From NCBI RefSeq assembly GCF_009914755.1, contig NC_060928.1: 64,000 nucleotides of DNA; one strand, 5' to 3'. This document shows, one piece after another, positions 13,517 through 28,275 of the stretch. This stretch comes from the human T2T-CHM13v2.0 reference genome, Homo sapiens. The notes below the pieces were generated by a model that saw only the letters and a program-made list of their open reading frames with translations, made no database searches and was not told where the DNA came from. Made by a program: the position numbers and the translations under genes. Position 1 is the stretch's first letter; the number at the start of each line of letters is the position of its first letter.

Positions 13517-16500
13517 TTTCCTAGTAGTACATTATAAACCTTCTTCTTAACACATCAGTTTAAAATAAAACGTTTTTTCTTACATAAAATTCTTATGCAC
13601 ATTTCCAAAACCAGATGAGTATAAACAAGCAAAATATATGTTGTATAGCACTGGAAATATTTCCATGATTTGATTCACTGTCCTAGATGGAAATTTAATT
13701 AACCAGAGTTTTTCAAGCTATTTTTATCAGGACTAGATTATTCTGAAACAACTCACCTTCCTCCTGAGGGAATATATATGACACTGATTTAATTCACTTT
13801 AAAAGTGTATACTTTCATAATGTATGACAAGTCAAAACATTTGATCAAGTGTATTATTGCGACTGAATTACACTAAATAGTGCATTTGTTATAATAATAT
13901 AAATAATACATAAAACTAAGTCTTTCTGTTGGAAATAAAGTGGGAGTTTGTCTAGATAATTTAAACACTCACTTCTGCATTATTTATGTAGTTAGTTCAA
14001 AGTGGGGTTCAGGCAGTATGAGACTTGATACACAAATCATCATTTGAATCTCCTGGCTGGCTTGACTGAGATGACAATTTTACCTGGCAAATTGCTCGTG
14101 TATGTCATGATCATGTCTAATCAATTCCCCCTCCAAACTGTATCTCATTGTCAGTGTAGCTCTCAGCTATACCTACCTACAGCTTGCTGCCACACTGTGT
14201 CATAGGTATAAACATTTTATTTTGTATTTTTATTCTATTTTATATTCGTGAAGGTAAACCCTTTGCCGCCTTAAGCTTCATTTCTGGGCTAATACCCTCC
14301 AGATTTATATCTGAACTCTACAGTCTATAAACTAATGCTTTAATACTCTTTCTTTCTCTCTCAAGTATATAGGCTGTAAATAGTAAATACATTTCATGTG
14401 GTGAGTCCTAAAGTCTTTTTGTTACAGTTTTATAAAAATTGTCCCAAAGAATATCCAATATTTAAGTCATCTTTCTAAAAAATATATTTTAATCACTTTT
14501 AATTTGTCAAAAAAATTGTAAGCTGAGATTTGATTGGATCTATAAATATACTAAAATAAGCCAGTCAAACTATAAGTCGATAGACAGAGGAAAACTTCAT
14601 TAAGGATGTCTTGCCGAAGCAACCAATTGTTGGATATTGTTCATTTGTTTTTGTGTGTTTCTTTATCTTGCTTCTATCTTTGATATGTTTGCTATGATGT
14701 GTTTTACATTATAGTTCAAATAATCAGTTAGGGAATTATAAAAATAGAAAAAGTCTAGAGAGTAAAGGTATCATAATAAGTTATCCTAGGTTGGTGCTTT
14801 TTTTCTGTAAAAGATTGCCATGCAGAGCCAAGGTGCTCTGTAAACTGTACAGTGCTAGATATGAGATATTGCCATTACTCAAGTCAATCCAAATTGTCAA
14901 GTTTCACAGATGCATCGTTAATCTCAACATTCTAAATTTCCCATTGACTTTACGTTTTCCAAAAGGGAATTTCCATCTCAATTATCCAAATAATTATGTC
15001 AACTGTCCATGCAGGTAAATACTGAATCACATGCAGAGAGCCTATAGAAATTAGGACATCTTAACAGCTAAAATGTGAGCTAGAAGATAAACTGAACATT
15101 ATCTTTCTGTCCTTTTTTATTTGTTCCTCATAGGAAACTGTATATGTGGAGGTATACTACACGTTATATTTATACATTCTTTTAGCTAATAAGAAAACTA
15201 GCATAGATTGTCTAAGGTAAGCGTATTTCTGTTAAATGGAAACAGTCCATGTGCAAAATTTCCAAGTCAAACAGAACAGAGGGCAGAAGAGAGTAAAGGA
15301 GCAAGTGCATTTGAAAAAGACTTTGGAGGTCAAATCTCATAGCTTGCCTGGATTATGAAGTAGTCTAATTGAAATAAATGAAAAGATTATTCCATTTCAG
15401 TTTTTTTCGTAGAAATAACTAACATTTCACCGGACCTTGATTATTTTCTTCCCTTGGAAAGAAACTGCTTTATGCTCACAGGCAGGTGTAAAGAACACCA
15501 GTCTGTTTCTCCCCCCTGTTCTGAAGGCATTTATCACTAAAATTGCTCAACTCTGAAAAGCCTTAGGGGTTCAGTGGGCCGTGATTTCCTGAGTACTGTT
15601 TTTGCTACCCACAACTAGAAAGTATTTTTCTTTATTGCCTAGATGCAATATCCTTTCTGTATAAGTAACTTTACAATAAAGTTAGCTAATGCTTACTCTG
15701 TCTAGATCAGAATTCTTCTTCACTCCACCAAAAATATTACTTCAACCTGAGGGTGATAATGAGTCAAGGAAATACCGACTCACGATGATACATCAAGTAA
15801 ATGCTTTCCATCTCTATGAAAATGAAATTCACAGGAAAAATTTGGTTTTAGGTAGACTCAGCTATTTTTTTTTTCCCAGTAGGGATAAAACAAGATAAAG
15901 TGGGTGATTTTTCTAAATATTTATAAATGTTTTAAATATTTCAATTTGAAATATGGCAATATTGTGATGAAACTCTATACCTTTGTTAATCAGTGTTCCT
16001 AAAATTATCTGCACATGTGAGATGAGGGAGCACTCCAGTGGACTGTGTTCTAATTTCAGATGATCTCATACAAAAAGGAAAGCTTGATGCCATTGCTAGC
16101 AAATGTCATACATGAAAGTTCAACAATTCCTTTGAGCTGAATTTAGAAAAAAATATAAGAATATTGCTGAGCTCTTGAAACCTGCTAAATGCGAATCATC
16201 AGACACTTAAATATGACTTGTGCTGAAGGCCCCCAAGTGGAGCACAATATAATTGAAATCAACTGTAACAATTAACAAAAAGAGAATTCAATAAATAGTC
16301 CAACAAAAAGTCCTTGTGAGTATCCTGCCACCGCCAAGGAGGGTGTTTATATCATCGAACGCAAAATCTCATTAAGCCAGCTAGAGTCTGTACTTTGAAT
16401 TTCCCTTTTTGTGGAGGTCTTCTGTTCAGTGACAGCAGGGTTTTTCCAAGACATTTTTCCCTGTCTTTTTCTCCTTTAAGTATGCATCTCTAGGCAGTTT

Positions 16501-17047
16501 ACCAGTCAATTCAGTGAAAAATGGGAAAAAGCAGTTGTTTCACCAGATTGACTGACTGATTGTTAAAACAGTTGGTCCCATGACCCCTCTATATGTAGAC
16601 ACGGACATTTGTGTGAACCTGAACATGGCCTCTTTTATTTAAAATAAAGCAACAGGATGTGGTTTTGGGTTTGACTCAAAATAACATTGTCAAGATGGGA
16701 AGAGAAAAAATATATATATGCACATATGCATTCATCTATTGGATTGACTTGTACCACATGGAATACCATCAGACTTTTAAATGACCTTGGTAGATTGGAA
16801 GAGTGGTTAAAAATAAGTAGAATGAATTAAATTTTAAAAAATAGGGCAATTCATTTGGGGTGTGTGGAAGAGGGAAAATGAGCACAAATTCCAGCCAAAC
16901 ATGATGCAGTGCTTGAGCTGAGGTGGGTAAAGGGAGAGGCTTCACTGGAATTCATGTTACGGTCAGGCACATCCTGCACACCCAACCAAGAGGGCAGTGC
17001 CAGACTCCTGAGATCTCAGGGGCGGCTTGTAACAACTTTTAGAATAA

Positions 17048-17220
17048 GGCTAGGCATGGTAGCTCACACCTTTAATCCCAGTGCTTTGGGAGGCAGAGAT
17101 GGAATGATCACTTGAGACCAGCCTTGGCAACATAGCAAGATTCCATCATTAAATAAATAAATAAATAAAAATTTAAAAAAATTAAATAAAAATAGATAAA
17201 TAAAATTTTAAAAAATAAAA
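17048..17220 (+). mobile_element. Alu left monomer (FLAM-like) with internal deletion and AT-rich tail
   Basis: GGCTAGGCATGGTAGCTCACACCTTTAATCCCAG...CACTTGAGACCAGCCTTGGCAACATAGCAAGA then (TAAA)n. Confidence 0.85.
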
Positions 17221-17264
17221 TTGGAAGTAGGAAGTGACAGCAAATAACATTGGAGAATTAATAA

Positions 17265-17490
17265 CAATGATAATATCCCTAATGTATATTGAGCACTCAT
17301 TATATACCAGGTAGAGGACTATTATCAATTATTGTGTAAAACCTCGGAAATAGCTCATTCCGACATTTACAGATAAGAATACTGAAAGTCAGTCATGACT
17401 CACCTAGAGGCCCAAGTCATCTTTGATGGAGCAAAGGTGCAAGTCAAGCATTCTGACCCTAAAACTTACACTTCTAACCACTGTTCTAGG
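17265..17490 (-). mobile_element. MIR
   Basis: ATTGAGCACTCATTATATACCAGG...CATTTACAGATAAGAATACTGA. Confidence 0.6.
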
Positions 17491-17524
17491 TGGACTCCTA
17501 GATTATGATGGGCCTCAAATGTCT

Positions 17525-17712
17525 TGCTTAAGAGCTTACACTTTATATTAGACTCACTTGGCAAGTTTATTGAAACAAAGATTGCGGGGCTCACTCCCAG
17601 ATTTTCTTATTCTTCAGTAAGTCTAGTGGGGGGGCCAAGAATTTGTGCTTCTATAAGCTCCCAGCTGATGCTGATGCGACTGGTCCTTGGGCCACCCTTT
17701 GAGAACCTATGC
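17525..17712. mobile_element. MER5A (hAT-Charlie)
   Basis: CCAAGAATTTGTGCTTCTATAAGCTCCCAGCTGATGCTGATGC...CCTTTGAGAACC. Confidence 0.8.
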
Positions 17713-18768
17713 ACTAGAAAATAAAAGCAGATGAAGCGACTTCATCGAAAGATGAGATGTGTCAGACGAAGCTTTCAGTTACTCGTGCAAGGCGATGGTC
17801 TAGGAGAGGCGAAGAGGGTATGGATGATCCCAAACCGTGGCTGCAGGAATGGAGCAGAGTCCTCATAGAGAGTGGTGAAATCTGTACTACCCGATGACGG
17901 ACCCTGTGCTGTCTGAGACAGGGGACAGAAGGTGGGGGTTCAGAGCCCTTGTTTTGAGATCAGGAACTCCACCACCTGAGCAGCCTTCGAGCACACAGCT
18001 TGACTTGGTCCTCTTTTCTTTAAGCTGAGGTTAACATGGAAGTCTTCCTTATGAAGTCTTCATGAGAATCCAATGGGTTAAACCCATAAAGAAATTAACC
18101 TAATACCCACCACGGGGAAGCATTTAACAAATAGTAGTTATTATTGTAGGTGGGAGAAGGACGGCTCTGGGATCACTTGAGGCAGTTTTTAGCTGAAAAG
18201 TCCAAGTGGACTGCTTTGCTTTGCTTAGCGTTCCTGGCGTCCTCCACACAGGTTGACACCTCCAGGTGCTTATTTAACCTGCGTCCCAGATCCGATTGAT
18301 TCCGGTTCCTATTCAGTGTTATTCACGAGTGCATGTGGGAGGAGAATGGGCCGTGACAACAGTGAAGGCCGAAAGCCCTAATTTTTTACCAATCATTTTA
18401 CAGATACAAAAGTAGGCTTAGGAATCCATTATTTTGAATGTGATCTATGGACACCTCCTCTTTCTGCTGCCTTCCTACTATCCCATTCCTCATCCTTCAC
18501 AATATGTAAAGAAAATAAACCCTGTGACTTTGAATCTAATGTTTTCACATCCCATTCACTTAAATCATCTCTTGAGAATCTGTTTGTGTGAAAATGTGAG
18601 AAATGTGTTTTTAAAGTAAAGGAATGTGATGATGTAACTGGCCACATTAGATTTCTTAGGCAATCCCTAAATGCATTAAAATACACACTGTGCATCAAGA
18701 GCTGGATTGAACCACGGATGCTGATTCCGATGGGGCAACCCTTATTCTGTATAGACTGATGTCAGTGA

Positions 18769-19177
<409 letters not shown>

Positions 19178-20621
19178 AATGCTTGTTTTTTTGTTTTGTT
19201 TTGTTTGTTTGTTTTAACATCTAAAAAGATGCCAGGAGTCAATTAAGTGTGCAGAATGTGATTAAAATCATTTCTTCTACTCTTCAATGTTTGGTAGAAT
19301 TCATTATTCCTTCACCTCTGGTGGAGATTTTTATTTGTTTAATAAGATATTTTGTTCATTTAGTCCTAATGTTACAAAATTATATCCCATTAACTGTACA
19401 TTTCTAGAGGAAAAACTTTCAAGTGAAACTGAAGATTTCAAATATGCACTGCTGAAAATCATGTCCCTGGAAGCACAATCTACCATCTCAACTTATTCCA
19501 TAAGAGATGGCATTGTATGTTAGTTGGTGCTATAGTGAAATCCAAACAAAATGTTGATATTATTTTATTAATCTCATTACATTTGTAATGTTTGGTTAAA
19601 TCCACTTTCAATACTTTAGGCAGGTTTACAATTTTATAAGAATTTTTCAGACTTGTTTTGGAAGTAATACCTCAACAAGATGGCTAGGAGTTTTCACATT
19701 CACTCCCAGAGAGCATTGCGTGGAAAGATCTCCAAAAGAAAAGCCTGATTCACACTGAATCATACCTAAAGAGCAAGCAATCCAGAATAATGCCAAAGGA
19801 CGGATGGGCACCCTGCCCCCACCCACCCCAGAAATGAGTTTTTGACATTGCAAATGTGCTTATGTCCCCTTGATAGCTAGTAAAGGCAGCAGGTAATTAA
19901 TAAGTCAAGTGGTTTCCCAAAACATTGGAAGTTGTTCAAGCTTGCCAATCTCAGAAACCCCTATATGAAATCCCTGCACATTTTCTCATCTACTAGTGGG
20001 TGTTCCTAGGGAACACGTTTAATTGTAACTTTTCAAATATTGTTCTCAGGGTGTTAGTATTACTTGTCTGTATTGTTCTGACATTTTAGCCATCGAAGGT
20101 GTTTTTGTATGGGAAACAAAATGCAGGATGACAAATGAAAATCATCAAATCGGATCAGTATGCATATTTTTTCTGAGTCACTGTGCCCTTTGCTGGGCTC
20201 TGGCAAACTAGTTTTACTCATCTTTGTAGGCGAAGTGTAATAAACAATGACTACAACATCTACAGTTTAGAAGTCAGCAGCTGCAGATAGTGGAATGACT
20301 CAAATACCAATCCATGCTACCCAGACATCCCGACAGCATAAATAACAGGGAACAAGATTTTTCAGTTAAATGTTTTAGGATCACTCTACACTTTTGAGAT
20401 GAACATTTTCTTTGTGATAATTCCTTGTTTCAGAAGAATACTTTCGAAATCTTCTTAGTTCGTGATGTAAGCAGTGCCACTTAATTGTTGTTGAATCAGA
20501 CAGATTTTTCTTCTTTTCCCTCAGTGAGAAGAACTAGAATTGCTTTTTCTCAGACTGAACTTCATATTTCAGGCTGTTTTTAACATAAAGGACGAAAGTT
20601 CCCCATAGCCTTCTTTATTTT

Positions 20622-20740
20622 TTCAATAAACATTTATTGCGCCCAATTAGGTGGAAAACACTCTACTAGATGTTATGGAAATTCACAAATAAGTAAGACG
20701 TGGCTCCTGGTCTTCAAAGATTTACAGTTTAGCAGAAGAG
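20622..20740 (-). mobile_element. L2 3'-end fragment
   Basis: TCAATAAACATTTATTG...AATAAGTAAGACGTGGCTCCTGGTCTTCAAAGATTTACAGTTTAG. Confidence 0.65.
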
Positions 20741-23700
20741 GCAGCATATCCATAAACCTGTGGAGAAAGACAAAAATGATTCTATAAAATTAATGCAGCT
20801 GCATTTTTGAAGTAATTGTTTTCATTTAATTCATTTGTTATCTTCTTTAGTGGAAATCATCTAGTGGGTTTCCTGTTTATTTTTAAAATCACTGTAATTT
20901 TTTAAAATAAAATAATAGACTCCTGTTGGCCATTTCTATACTCATCGATGAACTATAGCTTGGCATGTACTTTGCTGAAAATGCTTTCTCATTGATTTAA
21001 TAGAACAAAGTAGATTTCCTTTTTCTTCCCCTCTTTTAAACTTTATGTTTTCTTTGTACATTGTTCCATTCAGTAAATGAATAGTTGCTTTCTATAAAAA
21101 AGTGATTTCTGCTTTACCATCTAACTGCATATATGCTGCTTCTCTGGGTTCTTATTAAAAAAGAGAGATGCATAGAGCTTACCTATAAAATGAGTTTTAG
21201 AAATGTACCCTTTGATGCCAAATTAGTAATTTTATAGACCTTCCAAATAAAATTTTATTAAAACATTTAATAGTCATATAATGGAAGAAGAATACCAATT
21301 TAAATAAGACGGACCATTACATGTGTTAGTAGAAAGACATTAGGCCAGCTGTTACTGAAAATGACTATTATTTAGTGGTTATTTTGTTCATTTCTGCATT
21401 GTAATGAAACGATTTAATCCCACATGCTAATGACTAATCCGTTAGGTATATAGTGATTTCCATTTGATCAAAATTAGCTTGGCTGAAAAGATAGCACAAA
21501 CTTTTGTAGAAACTAAATGTAGTTGTTTTCTTTTGTTCTCTTTTCAGCTTCATAGTCTTATAAAATGCTGACATTCTTATCATTTTCAACAACATTTTAA
21601 ATACAAACTTTGAGAATTCCTTTGACGACTTGTTTCCATCTGTTTGTTCATGTCTTTAAAAAGCCATCTATATCCAGGCATTGTTGGTGACTCCAGCCAC
21701 TTGTTTGCAGCCAGTTGTTAGACGCTGGCAGTCTAGGTGAAGTCTGGGATGTATATCCTGTTTGGAGCAGTGCTCAAAAACCCTGCCCTGAATTATTTCG
21801 TATCAGAAATTCCCATGAAGCCATCACCTCTTTTAGGCAGAGGTGAGACTTACTTCTACTGTAATTTCTGAGTTAGTAGTAAAGCCTGGTCAGCCCAAGA
21901 CAGCCACAGAAGGCACTGACCTCCAACATTAGGCTAACTGCTCCAAGACCTCTACAAGTGCAGACCCTTGGTATTTCATTTAAAGTAACACATTTGTGGC
22001 AGCAGGGATGAACAAAGTCTTTTGATCTGTGATGAAAACATTAAGCATATTCGATAAATAATCAATAATACTAGCAAACATTTACTGAGTGTAAGTGGTG
22101 CTGTTGTCAGTGATTTACATTAATTTATGTAAATCACTTTTGTAAATCACTTATGTATGTGAGTTAATTTACTCACAGAAAGTGGAACAATTTGAAATAT
22201 CTGCTCTCTATACTCTATTTCTAGAACCTGTGGAATGAACTCCCTTAATTTTGGACAAATAAATTCCATAGTACATAGGAGCTATCTTTGTCATCACTTT
22301 CATCTACTTCTTGCAAAATTATCATAATCTTCTAACCAGAGCAAAGGTATTCATTAACCCAAAATTGAGCATGGTTAAAAATCTGTTCACTAGGGTAAGT
22401 TTCTTTGCCTAAGTCTAAGCCTTTTTTTTGAAAGTTTCCATTTCAGTTCTACTTAGTTCACAAAGGAAATTTGATTTTTTTATAGCAATAGTAACTAGGG
22501 AAAAAATGAAAAATCAGTACTTTTTGTGTAAGTCGTATCTTCAAACTCAACAAAGTTAAAGTTTTTCTCTTGATAGAAGCCAATTCATGTGCTCTAGTCT
22601 GTGGTTAAAACATTTTTTTTTATTCGTTCAGAGTTAGCCCTTAGGGTTTTGCAAGTACGTGTCATTGTGTCTCACATCCCCTGCTGTGAAAATCAACTTG
22701 CATTTGAATGTGCATCTTGACCCATAAATGTCACTGTGGTCCACTGAGTATCTGACTTCAACATTTCCTGTTGTAAAATGGACAATGGGAAACAATATTT
22801 TTTCTTGAGAAGGGGGCCTGCCACAGAGTATCTGTGTATGTCCATGAGTGTTTGTAGCACAGACAGGAGAAACTGCAACAGTCGGGGTTTAAGTGCATGT
22901 CTCCAACTATTAAGCAAGATGATACCAGACAACAAAGTTTCTGAAGAGCTTTGTGAGGAAAAGAAAATGCCAGATTATCGTTTCTGTTTCCAATTCACTT
23001 CTCCCTTTCACGGGACCCCATTCATCCTGGGTACCCTTAGTCTCAGACTTCACATTTTCCCTCAGAGTGAGGATATATCAAATAATCTCTCCCCCATTCA
23101 CTTTGCTGCTTTTCTCTTTGCCTCTACTGGACATACATACACTTTATCTTTACATCCACATGTATAGCCCCATTCATAGAGCAGTAGGCTGGTGCTGAGG
23201 AGTGAATCAATGACTAAGGCACACACAAAGAATGCAGGCGATGATGCCGCCCCACATGCAGAACCCCCTGCCTGGATGGCCAATACCTATATTTAGAATT
23301 CATGTTTCCAGTAATTTATTGCACAAAATCTCGGGATTATATGCCAGCATTTTAGACAGGGCAAAACTCATCTGAAAATTGGAATGCACAGCTATTTTTT
23401 AAAATCCAATTTCTGACAGTGCTTGTTTTAATCCAACTAAATTTTCTTTCTGTTTGTTGTTTGAAATCTGGCCAAAGTGTGTGACCCAACTGGAAATCCA
23501 TCCAACTCGGCAAAGCCACACCTGTCAAGATGGTTTCCCTGCTGGTCTTCAGGTCAGTGGGCACAGGAAGTAAAGGAAAGGGGAAATTCACATCTACCAG
23601 GCATAGACTCTGTACCTAAATATTTCCCCTATGTCCGGGGTACAATTCTGGTGAAGTAGGGTTGCGGGGAGCAGATGGAGTACCAAACTCAGATCACTCC

Positions 23701-24354
23701 ATCATGGATAATCTGATTTTCGGTAAAAGTATGGCATGATCTTCCTCTACTGTATTTAAGAATTCACTCCCCTTGAGGACATTTTTCTTTCAGCCTTTCA
23801 CTAAATAAAGGGCACAGGAAGAGAAGGGGAATAAAAGTCACTCAATTATCGATAAGCAGTTTTCACTGTAAAGGTTTGATGGACTGAAAAAGGAAAAAGA
23901 CTCACTGAAGTGTGCTTTTCTCCTTCTTATTGGTGGCTGTCATGGAGGTCGGTTACGGATACATCCCCCTACCACACTAAAGGAAGTTGACTGCTTACAT
24001 GGACAACATAAGCATTTAAGTATATACACGTAAAAAGTTGAGGTCAAATTTGCTAGTAAGAGAAGGGAGAAAAGACATATGTGGATGGAGAGGTGATGCA
24101 GGGGTGCGGTTTCAATTGATTTCAGGGAGATTGCCATGTGCATATTGAACGTGTCAATCTCAGATAAAATGTGATTCCCAGGCACCCAATATGGTAACAG
24201 AGTCTAGTTGATGGGGCTCATTAAAGCAGTTTGAAACACCTGCTTTCCCTGTTCAAAGGACTAAAATTCGGGGACTGATGTGTCAGTCATTCACAGAGAC
24301 GGTAAGCCTGTGAGTATTCAAGAACCAGTATGAGGGCACATGCGCGTGAGCGTG

Positions 24355-24379
24355 CACACACACACACACACACACACAC
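24355..24379. repeat. (CA)n microsatellite
   Basis: Seen directly. Confidence 0.9.
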
Positions 24380-25351
24380 CAGGATTATTTGGCACTTTCT
24401 CACACAGGGAGGGTAGACATTGAGGTGTTCTGTGGTCTTCAATCATTTCAACCAGGGCCATCGCTTTGTAAAAAAGCTCTGTGATTGTGTGGTGTCACCA
24501 CTAATAACCATTGTCACTGCATCTTGTCAAAGCAAAGACCATTTGTTTCTGGAAGAAAAGCCAGGGATATATAACTGAGGTAGGCAAGGATTTTTTTAAT
24601 GGACATATAAGCCTTTAAATAAATAATTGTCTTTTCTGAGCACTTTAAAAAATACATATGTATAAAAAATCATACTGAAAAAAATTTATGCTCAACGAAA
24701 TTGTGACACTCACTCATCTGAAAAGCTTTGCTCATTCAAACCAGAGAGATTAATCACAGAAAGGAGATAAAAAAAAAATTCCCTGAAAGGGAAGGGAAAT
24801 AATTTAGCAGTAAATCATAGAGCAGGGCTAACGTGAATCACAGAAAAAGGTACCAGCTCTTATGATTTAGGTGACATATAAAAAATAGCCCTTTGTGGAT
24901 TGACAGTTATAGGTATAAATGATAAAATTATTCAGCAGTGGTATGTTCTCTTCTTGTCATTTGTCATTTTGCATCTGATTATTTTTAAGAATTTAATTAA
25001 AGGGGTAACAGAACCATATAGACCTTTTGTGACTCTAACAAGCAAAACCTTTTTAAGCCTTTTTAAAGAAAAATGTATGACGGCTCTCTCCTTTTGCTTT
25101 GTCTTTACTGAATGCTCTATGCATCTTCATGCGTGCTATTTTTTTCTTTATGCTATTTTAGGCTTCCAAGGAAAATTTAGTAAGAAAACATTAAAAATCA
25201 AATGCAAAGTCATGCATTGTTATTAGCAGAAAAATTATTTTAGTTTAAATATACACTCAGAGACTGAATAAGAATTTATTTTTGAAATAAAATCAAAGAT
25301 AATTGTACTTCTTCTTTCTGGCTCTGCAATTCAAAGTGACAAATATGATCT

Positions 25352-25486
25352 TGTGTGTGTGTGTGTGTATAATTAAGTACATGTATATGTGTGCATAATA
25401 AGTGTGTGTATAAGTATATGTATATACAAACTCATATACACAAGCTGTGTGTTTAAGTGTGTATATACTTATTATACACACACACG
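25352..25486. repeat. Degenerate TG/TA/CA low-complexity tract
   Basis: Alternating purine-pyrimidine runs seen directly. Confidence 0.7.
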
Positions 25487-27227
25487 ATAAGATCGTACAT
25501 TTCATATCAGCATGATAGATATTTTTCTGTAACAGAACTACAGATCAAAGCCTAGAGGATGTAGAAAGTGAATGACATCTTATAAAAGTAAGTGTAAAAT
25601 GCAGTTTTAGCAAAGAGGCCCCCTTAGCATGAATTGTGTGTAACTTGCCTAAACTGGAGGGTTTTTTCCTTATGCTATTTATTTTAATGATAGGGTAAAT
25701 GGGTTTTATACAAATAAATCCTGCAATAGGATCTGCACCGTCAAAATTCTTGTAAGAAAAACAAAAGTTGCGAGAACTAGTGTGACCATTATACAATGTG
25801 ATCAACCAATACATTCTTAAAAATATACCCTGTGTGTGCAATTTTATTTGCAATTAATAAGAGTTAACACTACAAATCTAATTCACAGTCACTTTAAAGT
25901 TTTGCCTCCAAACCAGTTCAGTATTTTAACTGACTAAATTAAGACTTTTCTGTCTTTCCCCACCCCATCTCCCAGAGCAGAAATTAAATCAGTTTTAATT
26001 TATTTTATTTGCTAACGCTGTGGATATAATTATTGCTGCCTAGTCTTTTTAATTGTTTTCAACTAGGTGCTTGTCTTTAAGTTGCAATAGACTTCTAATT
26101 CCACATTGTTGACATTCCCTTGTTAATTCTGACAAAGCGTCATAAATCCAGGTATTTAGGCTTATTGAATTTTGAAATGAGGTGATTAGTTGGCACATGG
26201 ATGAACGAATTGATGCAAAGCAAAATGAATTTTATGATTTACTATGGTTTGCAAGTTCCCTTGGAACCATTATGTGCAAATTGTATAATGTATTAAGAGG
26301 TAAGATATCACATTTATAATCAACTTGGCAAATTTGGCTCAAGTAAAGATATTCCAGCATTCTGCAAAAGAGTCACTGTTGAATAAGCGTTTGGCATACA
26401 CAATTAATTTTCACTGTGTTGTCTTACACTCTATCATTTCCAAGTCTAAGAGGCTAAAGTATAAGATGTCAGAGGCTCACAATCAATGCAGAGCATTACG
26501 TGTGTCATGTTCTAGGATTTTAAATTGTAGTCTAATGTTCAAGGTAATTACCAGTTCAAAGTTCTAACAAGATGCATGTAACTGAGCACTTAACTTTAAA
26601 ACATAAGGTTCCTCACTTATGTTTCCTCATTGATAGAGGGCATAAGCACATGGATTTTACATTATTGCTCTTATTGGGTATAAACCACGTATTTAGTTTG
26701 GTATTGCATTAATTGTAAAAATCTGTGTCCTTGTATGCATAGACACAGTTAATTTAGATGGAAAATATTAATAGCATACTATGAGAGTAATACCAAAGAG
26801 CCTAGGCAGATCAGGATCTATGGCTGGAAAGAGTAGGCATGGAGGTACAGGATGGTATGCGGGGCATCAGAGGGTCTTTGCTGCCACTGAAAATCTATCA
26901 TTAGTAATTCATCACTCTTTATTTGCTTAATAACACTCTTAAAACCCCAAGGTGAGATATCAGCTTTCCAACAGTTAGATGAGATCAGCTGTGCTAAGAG
27001 ATGCTGCCTTTGCCACAGAAGCTGGAGAGGAGAGGACATAGAAACTACTCGAAGAGTTCAGTGCTAGAACAGGCACTGTGAAGGGGAATTCTGGACAGTT
27101 TGGGATCCCCTTGGAGCCCCAAGGGATAGAAGAACCAGAGGAGTAGTCAAAGAGTCAGGCTGTGCTCGTTCCCAGACCCAGCCATGCAGTTTTGCTACAT
27201 GGATAATTTGCAGCAAATCAAATGTAC

Positions 27228-27369
27228 CAGACCCTTCAGTCATAAACAACTGGTTCTTACATTTGAGGTCACGTGATATTCCTCCTGTATAACTATTTTA
27301 ACTGAAAGCGATCTGTAAAGAAGTGCACTGTACTTAAGAAAGAACTAGCTAAATAGCCCATTGTACATT
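27228..27369 (+). repeat. Left arm of 142-bp inverted duplication
   Basis: Reverse complement of 28625-28766; 11 mismatches and no gaps by manual alignment. Confidence 0.95.
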
Positions 27370-28044
27370 TATGGGGTTGTGCCTATTGGATTAAAATCCA
27401 AAATATTCATTTCGCTATGACTCGTCTTAGAGACTTCACAGGCCTTCAGAGGTGACCTGTCAGGTTCATTTGCATCTAATCAGATCCATCACCCATAATT
27501 TTATGTTGGTGTGTTAAGTACCACTGACAGTCCATTCCTCAGACACCCAGTGGAGATGGCCCTGAGTGCCTGGGGCATTGTCATCATCCCATCTGAAACG
27601 TGTAGCCATCCAGGAAGAGTGCAGTTATGTAGTCCCCTGACTTTGACTTTGGAAAAGAAGCGGCGCAGTGAATTATTTTTGCTCTCAGCGGGAGAAAAAG
27701 AACCTTCAGGAGTCCTCATTTTTAAGCTCCAGCAGCTCACAACTTGGATCCTTGAGTAGAGTTCTGCAGTGGGAGTCTGAGCCGAATTACTCTGCCCTAG
27801 CTTCTGAGAGCTCTCCGTGGTGCCTAGGTCAACATCAGCTTGTCCCTTCCGGAAATCCTACCCTCAGGCAGAAGGACTTGAAAGATTTCCTTCCTCCTAC
27901 ATGGAGCAGAGAGGATAAGAATAGCCTTGCATGTAATGGGCACCAGTAGAGATCTGATTGGCTGGTTAGGTCTTCCTGGATAAACCTACGTGGACCTAGT
28001 TTATTAATTTGTATTCTCTTTTCAGAATACAGATCTTTTGGGGG

Positions 28045-28275
28045 TGATCAGAGTGTAATAATTAAGAACACAAAATCTGTAGTCAGAATACCTGGGCATC
28101 TTTAATAAATTTCTTAATCCCACTAAGCTTTCACGTCTTAATCTAAAAGTGGGGATAATAATAGTACCAATTCCACAGAATTGTTTAGAGTATTACATGA
28201 GATTATTCCATATGTAAAGTTTTTAGAACTGTGCCAAAACATGGTAAAGTTTCTGTAGCAATCAGCTGTTATTAG
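28045..28275 (+). mobile_element. MIR
   Basis: ATCTAAAAGTGGGGATAATAATAGTACC...TATGTAAAGTTTTTAGAACTGTGCC. Confidence 0.75.

Noticed and set aside
19651-19892. + strand exon-like interval (TTTTTCAG...CAG|GTAATT)
   Set aside because: Short pyrimidine tract, not frame-preserving, no corroborating + strand exons; such pairs are common by chance.
22693-23283. Cluster of overlapping 61-129-aa ORFs
   Set aside because: No recognisable domain; ORFs on both strands point to locally higher GC rather than coding.
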